DNA of 41,982 bases from an uncultured Treponema sp. Its GTDB lineage: Bacteria > Spirochaetota > Spirochaetia > Treponematales > Treponemataceae. The translations under genes and the position numbers were made by a program. Every line of letters starts with the position of its first letter. The first letter of the stretch is position 1. Below are positions 8,740 through 17,845 of the stretch, in pieces. The notes under the pieces are model-generated. The model searched no databases, was not told the origin of the DNA, and saw only the letters and a program-made list of their open reading frames with translations. The stretch is from NCBI GenBank assembly GCA_964623405.1, contig CAZURC010000004.1:1-41982 (forward strand), in the 5' to 3' direction.

Positions 8740-9678
8740 TTATTTCATGTACTGTTCGTATATGTCTTTGTCCAAAATCTTAATCTTGAGCAGTATGTCG
8801 TTGAGCTCGCTGCCAGATTCTCCTTTCTGGATATAGTAATCAACAATACGGAAATACATATAAATCAACTTTGGCTTGAGCAGCCTTGTGCTGTTCGCAG
8901 GATTCTTTATTTCCATCTCAAGCTCATAAATATCCTGCTTGAGCTTTAATACCTCTACGCTCCTCAGTTCTCTCTTTATATTGAAAACTCTGTAAAGCAC
9001 GGCATAGACCGGAACCCACATCTGAAGCTCCTGGCCGCTATAGCCGTGGTCAGCCTTTACTCTGCGCACAACGCTTTTTATAAGCTCGGAGTCAAGAAGC
9101 TGCAAGTCGACTTTCTTTGCATCGATAAAGAAAGCTTCCCTGAAAAGTATCTTTGCCTCGCTTTCCATTCCGCACAATGCGCAGCAGTCCGCCATTTCCG
9201 CAAGTATCTCCGCGTTGCCTTGCTGCAGTTTGTTTGCTTCTATCAAGGCGTTTCTGGCCTCGTCATAGTTTCCAAGCTTCTTTGAGCAGATGCCCGCTTT
9301 TAGAAGCAGCTCAGCTTTCTGAGCCGGCATCTTGGAACTTTCTGACAAGGCGGCGGAGCAACTTGTCTGCGCCAGAGAGAAAATTCCTGTCTGCGCTGAG
9401 AAAATGGCTCTCTGGCAGACTTCTTTTTTCTTGCTGAGCGCATCCTCAAATGCTTTCCACTGGAAAAGGAGCTTTTCTCCTTGCTCGTAGCTGCTCATGC
9501 TTGACAGGCTTTTTACGCAGTCAATCCAATAGGAGCAGACCCATATTGCGAAATCTATCTCGCTGTTGTCGAGGTTGAATTCCAGAATATCAGCAAGAAT
9601 CTTTTTTGCCTCTGCGGGATTGCCTTTTTCAAGCATTCCATAAGCTTGTTTTAATCCTTCTTCAGACTGGTTGCTCAT
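8740..9678 (-). CDS. TPR-like hypothetical protein upstream of greA
   Basis: Helical repeats (KAGICSKKLGNYDEA, AEMADCCALCG, LFREAFFID). Confidence 0.75.
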   Translation of the reverse strand: MSNQSEEGLKQAYGMLEKGNPAEAKKILADILEFNLDNSEIDFAIWVCSYWIDCVKSLSSMSSYEQGEKLLFQWKAFEDALSKKKEVCQRAIFSAQTGIFSLAQTSCSAALSESSKMPAQKAELLLKAGICSKKLGNYDEARNALIEANKLQQGNAEILAEMADCCALCGMESEAKILFREAFFIDAKKVDLQLLDSELIKSVVRRVKADHGYSGQELQMWVPVYAVLYRVFNIKRELRSVEVLKLKQDIYELEMEIKNPANSTRLLKPKLIYMYFRIVDYYIQKGESGSELNDILLKIKILDKDIYEQYMK

Positions 9679-9692
9679 AGTGCTTATTTAAA

Positions 9693-9785
9693 AGTATACG
9701 AAAAAAGGGGGGTTAGTCAATAAAAGTTGATGAAAATTAGAAAAAATGGAACAAACTTTATACTTTACTTATAGAAATCTGTCAA
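9693..9785 (-). promoter_or_regulatory. Two tandem sigma70 promoters for the TPR-greA unit
   Basis: On the minus strand: TTGACA-N17-TATAAA (9785-9757) and TTGACT-N16-TATACT (9720-9693). Confidence 0.6.
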
Positions 9786-9918
9786 TAGATTTTGGGGAAT
9801 ATTTCTTAATTTTTTTTAAGATTCAGGCACAAGCCTTTTCTTGAAAAGAAAGCCTTTAGGCGTGGCAGTGGATTTTTCTGTTGTTTTTATCAATATAATT
9901 TGTTAAAATAATAGAGAA

Positions 9919-10557
9919 ATGAAGCGAAAAATTTTGGCTCCGTCCCTTCTTTCAGCAGATTTTTCCAGCCTTGCGGATGCCGTGAAGCTCTGTGAGAGCA
10001 GGGGCGCAGGTTGTGTCCATATAGATGTGATGGACGGGCACTTTGTTCCCCAGATTTCTTATGGGCAGCCGGTGATAAAATCAATAAGAAAACTTACAGA
10101 TCTTCCCTTTGATGTGCATCTTATGGTTGAGAGGCCTGATGAGATGATAGACAGTTTTGCAGAAGCGGGTGCGGACTGGATTACTTTTCATGCGGAAGCG
10201 GCCGTGCATATCGATCGGATTATAGGCCATATCCATTCGCTCGGCAAAAAAGCCGGAATTTCAATCGTTCCTTCTACACCTGTCAGCGCAATAAAGGAGG
10301 TTCTGCCTCTTGTTGACCTTGTGCTTGTCATGACTGTGAATCCAGGATTTGGCGGCCAGAAGTTTATTCCTTATTGCGCCGAAAAAATTAAGGAGCTTGA
10401 CTCTATTAGGAAGGAAAGAAAACTGGGGTATCTTATATCGGTTGACGGCGGAATAAACAGCCAGACAGCGAGTTATGTGCTTGGCTTTGGCGCGGATATT
10501 GTTGTCTCCGGCTCCGCTTTTTTTAACGGCTCTTTTGAATGGGAGGGAGAAAGGTGA
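9919..10557 (+). CDS. rpe: Ribulose-phosphate 3-epimerase
   Basis: Motifs APSLLSADF, HIDVMDGHFVP, DVHLMV, MTVNPGFGGQ and VDGGIN. Confidence 0.97.
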   Translation: MKRKILAPSLLSADFSSLADAVKLCESRGAGCVHIDVMDGHFVPQISYGQPVIKSIRKLTDLPFDVHLMVERPDEMIDSFAEAGADWITFHAEAAVHIDRIIGHIHSLGKKAGISIVPSTPVSAIKEVLPLVDLVLVMTVNPGFGGQKFIPYCAEKIKELDSIRKERKLGYLISVDGGINSQTASYVLGFGADIVVSGSAFFNGSFEWEGER

Positions 10558-11450
10558 GAAGCTTCTTTGATTCTACGGCGGGAAAACGGCTCTTGATAGC
10601 CGCCTCTATTGCCTTGCTTTTCTTTCCGCTCTGCGCTCAAAAATACTCATCTGACCAGCAGCAGGGTTTTGAGGCTTACAGAAAGGGAGACTGGACATCG
10701 GCCATGTTCTTTCTGAGAAAGTCTGGCAGCACAGGGGCAGGCTATGATGAGGAAAGCCTTTACATGCTTGTCATGAGCGAGATGAATGCGGCTGAGTATG
10801 ATTCCGCGCTGTCCGACAGCAGCCTTTTTGCAGATGAGTTTCCTTGCAGCCGTTACGCTCCTTATATGATTTTCCAGCGTGGAAAGGCGCTTCATCTTCT
10901 TGGACGGAACGAGGAGGCTGTGCTTGCGTTGAGTGATTTCTGCCATCAAAATCCTGACTCTGAGCTTTATGCAAGCGCGCTTTATTGGATTGCGGAGTGC
11001 TTTTACGCTGAATACAACTTTGACTCTGCACGCGCGCTGTATGAGCGCATTGTGATGGATTTTCCCTCTGACTCTAAGGTGAGAGATTCCCGTTACAGAA
11101 TCGAGATGATAGCCCAGCGTGAAAGAGAAGAAAAACTCGTGTATCTTCTAAAAGTGACTGGAGAGGAGAATCTTGCTGCAAGAGAAGACTACGAAAGGCA
11201 AATAAGGCTTTACCAGGCGCAGGACAGTCTTGGCTTGAGAAAAAGCCTTGCCGATGCGCAGACAAGGATTTTAGAGCTTGAGGGGCAGATTTCTGCACAG
11301 AAGGCCTCTGCCTCTGCTTACGCTCCTGGCACCGTAGATGCGGTTTCAGGAGGAGAATCTGTGGAGACAGATCCTGAAGTTGACGCGCTTAAGAAAAAAG
11401 CGAAATTTCTCCAGTATCTTTTGGAAGAACAGAAAATATTGGAGAAGTAG
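10554..11450 (+). CDS. Secreted TPR protein (CpoB/BamD-like repeats plus coiled coil)
   Basis: Signal peptide; TPR motifs (ALYWIAECFY, YERIVMDFPSD). The GTG start overlaps the rpe stop. Confidence 0.75.
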   Translation: MRSFFDSTAGKRLLIAASIALLFFPLCAQKYSSDQQQGFEAYRKGDWTSAMFFLRKSGSTGAGYDEESLYMLVMSEMNAAEYDSALSDSSLFADEFPCSRYAPYMIFQRGKALHLLGRNEEAVLALSDFCHQNPDSELYASALYWIAECFYAEYNFDSARALYERIVMDFPSDSKVRDSRYRIEMIAQREREEKLVYLLKVTGEENLAAREDYERQIRLYQAQDSLGLRKSLADAQTRILELEGQISAQKASASAYAPGTVDAVSGGESVETDPEVDALKKKAKFLQYLLEEQKILEK

Positions 11451-11453
11451 TTT

Positions 11454-12746
11454 ATGAGGATAATAAAAAACATATCGTATAAGAAAAGGACTCTCCTTGT
11501 TGCGCTCATGCTTATCCTTGCCGGATATGCTTGCTTTGCGCTTGAGACTGCAAGCGTTGAACCCTCGCCAGCGACGGAAAACTCAGAAGCCAGCCAGCCT
11601 AAGAAAAAAAAGACCGGAAAACTTACTGATGAGGAAAAGGCCGTCGTCAAGGAGCTTGCTTCTCAGAAAACAGACGCTTATTTAGGTGTAGTTTATGTTC
11701 CCAAGAAAAAGTATGAGATAAGCTCAGGCAATCTAAGGGTTGCTTTCAACGCTTCTTCTGGCACTTTCAATATTTATGTAAAAGGTGAAAATAAGAAAGA
11801 AACAGCTCTTCTTGCAAGATACAATGATTCCTCGTCAACTTCTCTTTATGTAATGGCTGGAAAGAATATTTTTAATCTAAGCAAGGATGCGGCTGTGCTC
11901 CGTGAGCTCCGCAAGACAGAAAAAGGCGCAGAGCTCGCCTATTCAGTTGAAAATGATTTTCAGGCTGTGTCCGACTTTGAGTTGCTTTCCTCTTCACCGG
12001 ATAAAACGGCGGATATTGTAAAAATTACGGTGTATGTCACAAACACCTCAACAACGGCAGGCAGTTTTGCGCTCAAGGGGGTTTTTGACACAGTCCTGGG
12101 AGAGGGTGCGGATTATCACTTTTCTACTGCTTCCGGCGAAAAAATCGACAGAGAGAGGCAGTTTGACTCAATGGAGTCGGCGCGTGTTATCATATCCTCA
12201 AATCCAAAGGCCTCTATGCAGCTTGTTCTTGACGGACCTTCTGTTTCTTCCCCTGAGAAGGTGTCAATCTCCAATATAACAAACCTCCAGAAAGACGCAT
12301 GGCTTTTTGTAAGCGTTGCTGACAGGAGCTTTCATTCAATAACAGCTTATAATAATTCCGCTGTTGCTGTGAACTGGCCTAAGAAGTCTCTCGCCGCTGG
12401 AGAGACATTCTCTGTAGTGTTCTATATCGGCGCCGGAGCTGACGGAAATATTCCTGATGTGCTTGCATATTTGGATTCGCTTGAGAGTTATGCAGAGCAA
12501 TCGGTTGAGATAAATTATGACGCTGAGAACAAGAGCGGGGAGCTTGAGACATTTCCAAGACGCACTGATGTTGATTTTATTATTCCTCCAGTTACAGAGA
12601 GACAGCTTGACCCTGAGTATATACAGAGCCTTATAAATAGAATAGATGCGCTGCAAAGCGATCCTCAGTCTGTGGACAGACAGGAAGTGCGCCAGCTTAA
12701 CGCAGAGCTTGATGCCATTCTTGAGACGATAAGGCAGCGTGACTAA
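11454..12746 (+). CDS. Secreted hypothetical protein
   Basis: Signal peptide, beta-rich body and helical C-terminus; operonic spacing. Confidence 0.7.
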   Translation: MRIIKNISYKKRTLLVALMLILAGYACFALETASVEPSPATENSEASQPKKKKTGKLTDEEKAVVKELASQKTDAYLGVVYVPKKKYEISSGNLRVAFNASSGTFNIYVKGENKKETALLARYNDSSSTSLYVMAGKNIFNLSKDAAVLRELRKTEKGAELAYSVENDFQAVSDFELLSSSPDKTADIVKITVYVTNTSTTAGSFALKGVFDTVLGEGADYHFSTASGEKIDRERQFDSMESARVIISSNPKASMQLVLDGPSVSSPEKVSISNITNLQKDAWLFVSVADRSFHSITAYNNSAVAVNWPKKSLAAGETFSVVFYIGAGADGNIPDVLAYLDSLESYAEQSVEINYDAENKSGELETFPRRTDVDFIIPPVTERQLDPEYIQSLINRIDALQSDPQSVDRQEVRQLNAELDAILETIRQRD

Positions 12747-12747
12747 G

Positions 12748-13863
12748 ATGAGCAGAGCGGCAATTGATACAGCGCGCGCTCTTATGAGGCGCAGACAGTT
12801 CGGCAAGGCTATAGTAATTCTTGAGAATGCCGGCGAAACATACAGGGGAAGCTTTGACTATTATCTAGCTTTAGGGATTGCCTGCCTTTATGCGGGCGAC
12901 ACAGGGAACTCAAAGAGATATTTTGAGCAGGCAAGACATATAAAGCTGAAAGACACAAATCTGCTGTTAGGCCAGGCGGCGTTATTCTTGCGCCGCGGAG
13001 ATACAGAGGTTGCAATACAGTATTATCTTGATGTGCTTGGTCTTGAGCCGGAGAACAGCCGTGCAAAGAAGGCTCTGGATTTTATAAGGCATAAAGGCGA
13101 CTATGAGACAATAGTGAGATGGGTTGATTCTGGAAAAATAGAGAGATTCTATCCGCCGCTGGAAAGCAGAAATGGAGAGCTTACTCGTATTGCGGTCTCC
13201 GCAGTCGTCGGGGTCTTTGTGGCTTTAGTTGCGCTCCATTTCGTCTATAGGGCTTCGGGGTCTGCATCTGGCGAAAGGGGCGGGACTGAGGAGCTTTCAC
13301 TTACAGCGGAAGAAAAAAAAATCCTGCATGAGCAAGATCTCTCAGGCGGGGTCTACAGATATATTCTTAATGACAGTCAGATAGAGGATATTTACAACAA
13401 GGCTCTGTCTTATTTTCAGAATTACCGCGACAATTCTGCAAGAGTACAGGTGAACCGTCTTCTTAACTCAAATGCATCTTCTGCTGTGAAGGCAAAGGCT
13501 GGATTGCTTCAGTCCTATTTTGAGGAGCCTACATTTGATACTTTCACATCGCAAAAAGAAGAGAATTTCCCGTATGCCGATGTGGCCTCTGATCCTGTTC
13601 TTTATGAGGGATGCTTTGTCATGTGGTCAGGCCGGATTACAAATGCTCAGACCCAGGATGGATCCTACAGATGCGACTTGCTGGTAGGGTATGAGAACCT
13701 GGAGCGTGTTGATGGAATCGTTCCTGTCTATTTTACGCCTCCGCCTGTACCCGAGATAGAAGGGGGCAGGGCTGTGAGAATACTTGCGAAAATCGGCGTT
13801 GAAAATGGCAGGCTTTCTCTTTCAGGACGCTCAGTTTATCAGCCTATCGCGAGGACAGAGTAG
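12748..13863 (+). CDS. TPR protein with central TM helix
   Basis: N-terminal TPRs (YYLALGIACLYAGD, AIQYYLDVLGLEP) and TM segment IAVSAVVGVFVALVALHFVY. Confidence 0.75.
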   Translation: MSRAAIDTARALMRRRQFGKAIVILENAGETYRGSFDYYLALGIACLYAGDTGNSKRYFEQARHIKLKDTNLLLGQAALFLRRGDTEVAIQYYLDVLGLEPENSRAKKALDFIRHKGDYETIVRWVDSGKIERFYPPLESRNGELTRIAVSAVVGVFVALVALHFVYRASGSASGERGGTEELSLTAEEKKILHEQDLSGGVYRYILNDSQIEDIYNKALSYFQNYRDNSARVQVNRLLNSNASSAVKAKAGLLQSYFEEPTFDTFTSQKEENFPYADVASDPVLYEGCFVMWSGRITNAQTQDGSYRCDLLVGYENLERVDGIVPVYFTPPPVPEIEGGRAVRILAKIGVENGRLSLSGRSVYQPIARTE

Positions 13864-13976
13864 ATGTTTAAAGATAAAAATAGCAAGCAAACGTAATACA
13901 AAATAGAATAAAAATTCACAAAAATGAGCGAAAAGTGAATTTAAGAGCCATATATATAGTGGGAGGATAAAAAGAG

Positions 13977-15170
13977 GTGGCTAAAATGGCAGAAACTAAT
14001 CAGCCGGCAGATATGTCGGAAAAACTAAAGGCGCTTGAGGCGGCCAGGATTCAAATTGAGAAACAGTTTGGCTCTGGCGCAATCATGAAGCTTGGAACCC
14101 AGCCTGATGCGCAGGGAATTGACGTTGTTCCCTCTGGCTCTATTTTGCTTGATGAGGCCCTTGGGGTAGGCGGTTATCCGCGCGGACGCATCATTGAAAT
14201 GTATGGGCCTGAAAGCTCTGGAAAGACAACGCTCGCTCTCCATGCGATCGCAGAGGCGCAGAAGCTTGGCGGAATTGCGGCATTTGTTGATGCTGAGCAT
14301 GCGCTTGATCCTGTTTATGCCAAGAATCTTGGTGTGAATATAGATGAGCTGTGGGTCTCTCAGCCGGACACTGGCGAGCAGGCTCTGGAGATTACCGAGA
14401 GTCTTGTCCGTTCCGGGGCTGTGGACATAGTCGTTGTTGACTCTGTTGCGGCTCTCACTCCGCAGAAAGAGATAGAAGGTGATATGGGGGATGCTATGAT
14501 GGGGCTTCAGGCGCGTCTTATGAGCCAGGCGTTGCGCAAGCTTACTGCGATAGTGAATAAGAGCAAGTGCATCATTGTCTTTATAAACCAGATCCGAATG
14601 AAAATAGGTGTTATGTTCGGGAATCCTGAGACAACGACAGGCGGCAATGCCCTCAAGTTTTATTCTTCTGTCCGTCTTGAGATTCGTCGCATTGAATCTA
14701 TAGAAGGGAAAGGCGACGAGGACGCGGTTGGAAACCGTGTAAGGGTCAAAGTCGTAAAGAATAAGGTTGCCCCGCCATTTAGAAAGGTAGAGCTTGATAT
14801 ATATTTTGGGAAAGGAATATCTGCGGCAGCGTCTCTTCTTGATTCTGCTGTAAAGCATGGAATCATAGACAAGCGCGGAGCATGGTATACACGGGGAGAA
14901 GAGAAAATTGGACAGGGGAAAGAGAATGCGGTGGCTTTCTTGACGCAAAATCCTGACTATGCAAGACAGATTGAGGCTCAGATCCGCACAGAACTTTTCC
15001 CTGGGCAGATTCTAAAGACAAAAGAAGGTGTCCCTGTGTATCCGGAGCAAGTAAAAGCTGTCAAAGAAGCTGAGAAAGCCGCAAAGAAAGCGGAGAAAGC
15101 GACAGCGGAAAAAACTGTTTCACAGACACCTCCAGAAGCTGTGCCTTCTGCAAAGGACGCTCTTTTTTAA
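13977..15170 (+). CDS. recA: Recombinase RecA
   Basis: Motifs [36 protein letters not shown] and GGNALKFY. Confidence 0.99.
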   Translation: MAKMAETNQPADMSEKLKALEAARIQIEKQFGSGAIMKLGTQPDAQGIDVVPSGSILLDEALGVGGYPRGRIIEMYGPESSGKTTLALHAIAEAQKLGGIAAFVDAEHALDPVYAKNLGVNIDELWVSQPDTGEQALEITESLVRSGAVDIVVVDSVAALTPQKEIEGDMGDAMMGLQARLMSQALRKLTAIVNKSKCIIVFINQIRMKIGVMFGNPETTTGGNALKFYSSVRLEIRRIESIEGKGDEDAVGNRVRVKVVKNKVAPPFRKVELDIYFGKGISAAASLLDSAVKHGIIDKRGAWYTRGEEKIGQGKENAVAFLTQNPDYARQIEAQIRTELFPGQILKTKEGVPVYPEQVKAVKEAEKAAKKAEKATAEKTVSQTPPEAVPSAKDALF

Positions 15171-15755
15171 ATGACAGATGTAATTCTTGGTATAGGCTCG
15201 AACAGGACGTGGAAAGAAATGGAGTGCATTGCACTTCTAAGAAAGGCCTGCGCTCTGTTGGAGCCGATTTTTTCATCTTTTACTGTTTCATCTATTTACC
15301 GCACGCGGCCTATGTATATGGAGAATCAGGATAACTTTTTCAACATGGTTGTCCGAGGAAAACTCCCTGAGCTCTGTTCTCCCCGTTGGCTGCTAGAAAA
15401 AATTCACAATATAGAGTCTTCTCTTGGCAGAGACAGGACAAAAGAAATTCGCAATGGTCCCCGCTCAATCGATATAGACATTGAGTTTTTCGGGAATATT
15501 GAGATAAGAGAAAAAGACCTCCAGATTCCTCATCCGAGAATATCTGAAAGGGCGTTTGTTTTGATTCCTATGCTTGAGTTGCTGGAGAATTCTGCCGACT
15601 TTATAAATAGGGAAGTTTTTGTCCAGTGCCTTGACAAGCTGAAAAAAAACGGCCCGCTGGGAGTGGAGAAAGTTCTTTCTTCTCAGGAATTTATTGGGCT
15701 GAAAAATAGGTGGCAATATGGAGCAGCAGCTGGAGTTGCAGGTGGAAAAATCTGA
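15171..15755 (+). CDS. folK: HPPK (6-hydroxymethyl-7,8-dihydropterin pyrophosphokinase)
   Basis: Motifs LGIGSN, FFNMVV, IESSLGR, GPRSIDIDI and IPHPRISERAFVLIP. Confidence 0.95.
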   Translation: MTDVILGIGSNRTWKEMECIALLRKACALLEPIFSSFTVSSIYRTRPMYMENQDNFFNMVVRGKLPELCSPRWLLEKIHNIESSLGRDRTKEIRNGPRSIDIDIEFFGNIEIREKDLQIPHPRISERAFVLIPMLELLENSADFINREVFVQCLDKLKKNGPLGVEKVLSSQEFIGLKNRWQYGAAAGVAGGKI

Positions 15756-16506
15756 GGAAAATGAGAGGTCTGGCCGGAATGAGCATAAGTATACGGCAGG
15801 GCAGTTTGAAGGACCTCTTGACTTGCTATGGACACTGATACGTGACAACAAAATCAATATATATGATATTCCTATAGCAGAGATTACAGAGCAGTTCCTT
15901 GAGTACCTTGACTATGCGGCTCAGGTTGATCTTGGGGACTTGTCCGAGTTCTATAATATGGCGGCAAGGCTTGTTTACATAAAAAGCCGCATGATGCTGC
16001 CTGTCGAGATAAAGGCAGACGACGATCTTGATTTTGATGATCCGAGGGAGGAGCTTGTTGAGAAGCTGATTGAATACCAGAAATTCAAGAAGCTTTCAAT
16101 AATTATGGAAGAAAAAGAGGATGAGAGCGAATGGAGCTTTGAGCGCAAGAAAATTCAAAGAGTTCTTCCTTTTGATGACGATGATTTATGGGAGCAGCTT
16201 GACAGCTGGGATCTTCTTCAGCAGATGCAGAAAATATTTCAGAACTATATTTCCCAGTATTCGGACTCAAAGATAATCGACATGTACGAGGAAATCTCTG
16301 TAAATGAGAAAATAACTCTGATGAATGAGCTTTTGGAGAAGAATAACGAGTGCATGTTCACAGACCTGATTGTCCGCAAAGGAAATGTGCTTGATGTGAT
16401 CTGCGCTTTTATGGCGCTTCTTGAGGCCGTCAAGTTCAGGATTGCGACAGTTATGCAGAATAGAATGTTCGGCGATATAAAAATTTGCAAGAAACTTGAT
16501 TCATAG
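15718..16506 (+). CDS. scpA: Segregation and condensation protein A
   Basis: Motifs FEGPLDLL, IYDIPIAEITEQF, IKSRMMLP and FMALLE. Confidence 0.95.
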   Translation: MEQQLELQVEKSEENERSGRNEHKYTAGQFEGPLDLLWTLIRDNKINIYDIPIAEITEQFLEYLDYAAQVDLGDLSEFYNMAARLVYIKSRMMLPVEIKADDDLDFDDPREELVEKLIEYQKFKKLSIIMEEKEDESEWSFERKKIQRVLPFDDDDLWEQLDSWDLLQQMQKIFQNYISQYSDSKIIDMYEEISVNEKITLMNELLEKNNECMFTDLIVRKGNVLDVICAFMALLEAVKFRIATVMQNRMFGDIKICKKLDS

Positions 16507-16565
16507 ATACAAAAAAAAGCTAAAAGCAGTTAAAAATAATCAATAAATGTGGAATAATAAAGGAC

Positions 16566-17111
16566 ATGGATGTGAATCTTGAAAAAGAAATGGGACTCGT
16601 GGAGGCAGTTTTGTTCCTGGACAACGAGCCTCTTGCGGCAGAGTCTATAGCTAAGATAACTGATCTTTCAAGCGAAGTTGTTGAAGAGTGCATAGAAGGC
16701 TTGAAAGATAAATATTCTGCTGATAATTCCGGAATAGAGCTTTCCTTTATAACAGGAGGCTGGACTCTTACTCCTAAAAAAGAATTCTGGGAGCTCCTAA
16801 AGGAGCGATACGGCAGCAAGAATGCAGGACGGCTCAGCCGCTCTGCAATGGAAGTGCTTTCGATAATAGCCTACAAGCAGCCTATTACAAGGGCTGAGAT
16901 AGAGGCGATAAGAGGAGTCTCTCCAGACAACATGATACGCTTGCTTCAGGAAAGACAGCTTGTAAAGGAAGTTGGGAAAAAAGACGCTCCTGGAAGACCA
17001 AGCCAGTTTGGCACAACAAGGGAATTCCTTAAATTCTTTAATCTAAACTCAATAGCTGAGCTTCCTCGTCTTGATGAAGAGGAGTCTGAGAGGTTTGAAC
17101 TTGCCCGCTGA
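16566..17111 (+). CDS. scpB: SMC-Scp complex subunit ScpB
   Basis: LSRSAMEVLSIIAYKQPITRAEIEAIRGV and PGRPSQFGTTREFL. Confidence 0.96.
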   Translation: MDVNLEKEMGLVEAVLFLDNEPLAAESIAKITDLSSEVVEECIEGLKDKYSADNSGIELSFITGGWTLTPKKEFWELLKERYGSKNAGRLSRSAMEVLSIIAYKQPITRAEIEAIRGVSPDNMIRLLQERQLVKEVGKKDAPGRPSQFGTTREFLKFFNLNSIAELPRLDEEESERFELAR

Positions 17112-17829
17112 TTTATCATTAACAAGACTTCAGACGTACCTTGCTCACTGTGGTGTCGCAAGCCGCCGAGCTTCGGAAAAAATTATTCTTGATGGCCGTG
17201 TGTCTGTCAACGGCTGTGTTGTGACAGAGCTTGGTACAAAAGTTTCGGACAAAGACGAAGTTTGCGTAGATGGAAAAAAGATTTCTCTTGAGGAGAAGAA
17301 GCTTTATGTTCTCCTGAACAAACCGTCAGGATATGTATGCTCTCAGTCTGATGAGAAGGGGCGGCCAGTGGCTGCGGAGCTTCTTAGGAAAAAATACTCT
17401 CAGAGACTATATAATGTCGGACGGCTGGATATGTTCAGCAGAGGCGCGATACTCTTTACAAATGACGGCGACTTTGCTGCAAGAATCAGCCATCCTTCCA
17501 GTGAGATTGAAAAGGAATATATCGTAGAGACAAGCTATCCTTTGCCGGACGGGCTTGCGCAGAGATTTGAAAGGGGTGTCCGTGTTGAAGGTGTCTTTTA
17601 CCGTGCTAAAAAGGCTGAAATTCTTACAACACACAAGATGAGGGTTATTCTTGTCGAGGGCAAAAACCGTGAAATACGTAGAGTGTTCAAGGAGGCGGGC
17701 GCTGCTATAAGAAGCTTGCAGCGAATCCGAATTGGAAATATAAGTCTTGGAGATTTAAAAGACGGCGAGAGCAGGGAGCTTTCCAGCAAGGAAGTCGATG
17801 AGCTTCTTTCTCTCTGCAAAAATAGTTAG
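17101..17829 (+). CDS. rluB: 23S rRNA pseudouridine synthase (RsuA/RluB family)
   Basis: S4 domain RLQTYLAHCGVASRR; NKPSGY, VGRLD and EGKNREIRR. The TTG start at 17101 follows a GAGAGG RBS (start inferred). Confidence 0.88.
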   Translation: MPADLSLTRLQTYLAHCGVASRRASEKIILDGRVSVNGCVVTELGTKVSDKDEVCVDGKKISLEEKKLYVLLNKPSGYVCSQSDEKGRPVAAELLRKKYSQRLYNVGRLDMFSRGAILFTNDGDFAARISHPSSEIEKEYIVETSYPLPDGLAQRFERGVRVEGVFYRAKKAEILTTHKMRVILVEGKNREIRRVFKEAGAAIRSLQRIRIGNISLGDLKDGESRELSSKEVDELLSLCKNS

Positions 17830-17845
17830 TGGAGGCGTGAATATA

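Noticed and set aside
14025-14948. 307-aa - strand ORF
   Set aside because: It is antisense to recA; such shadow frames are common opposite conserved genes.
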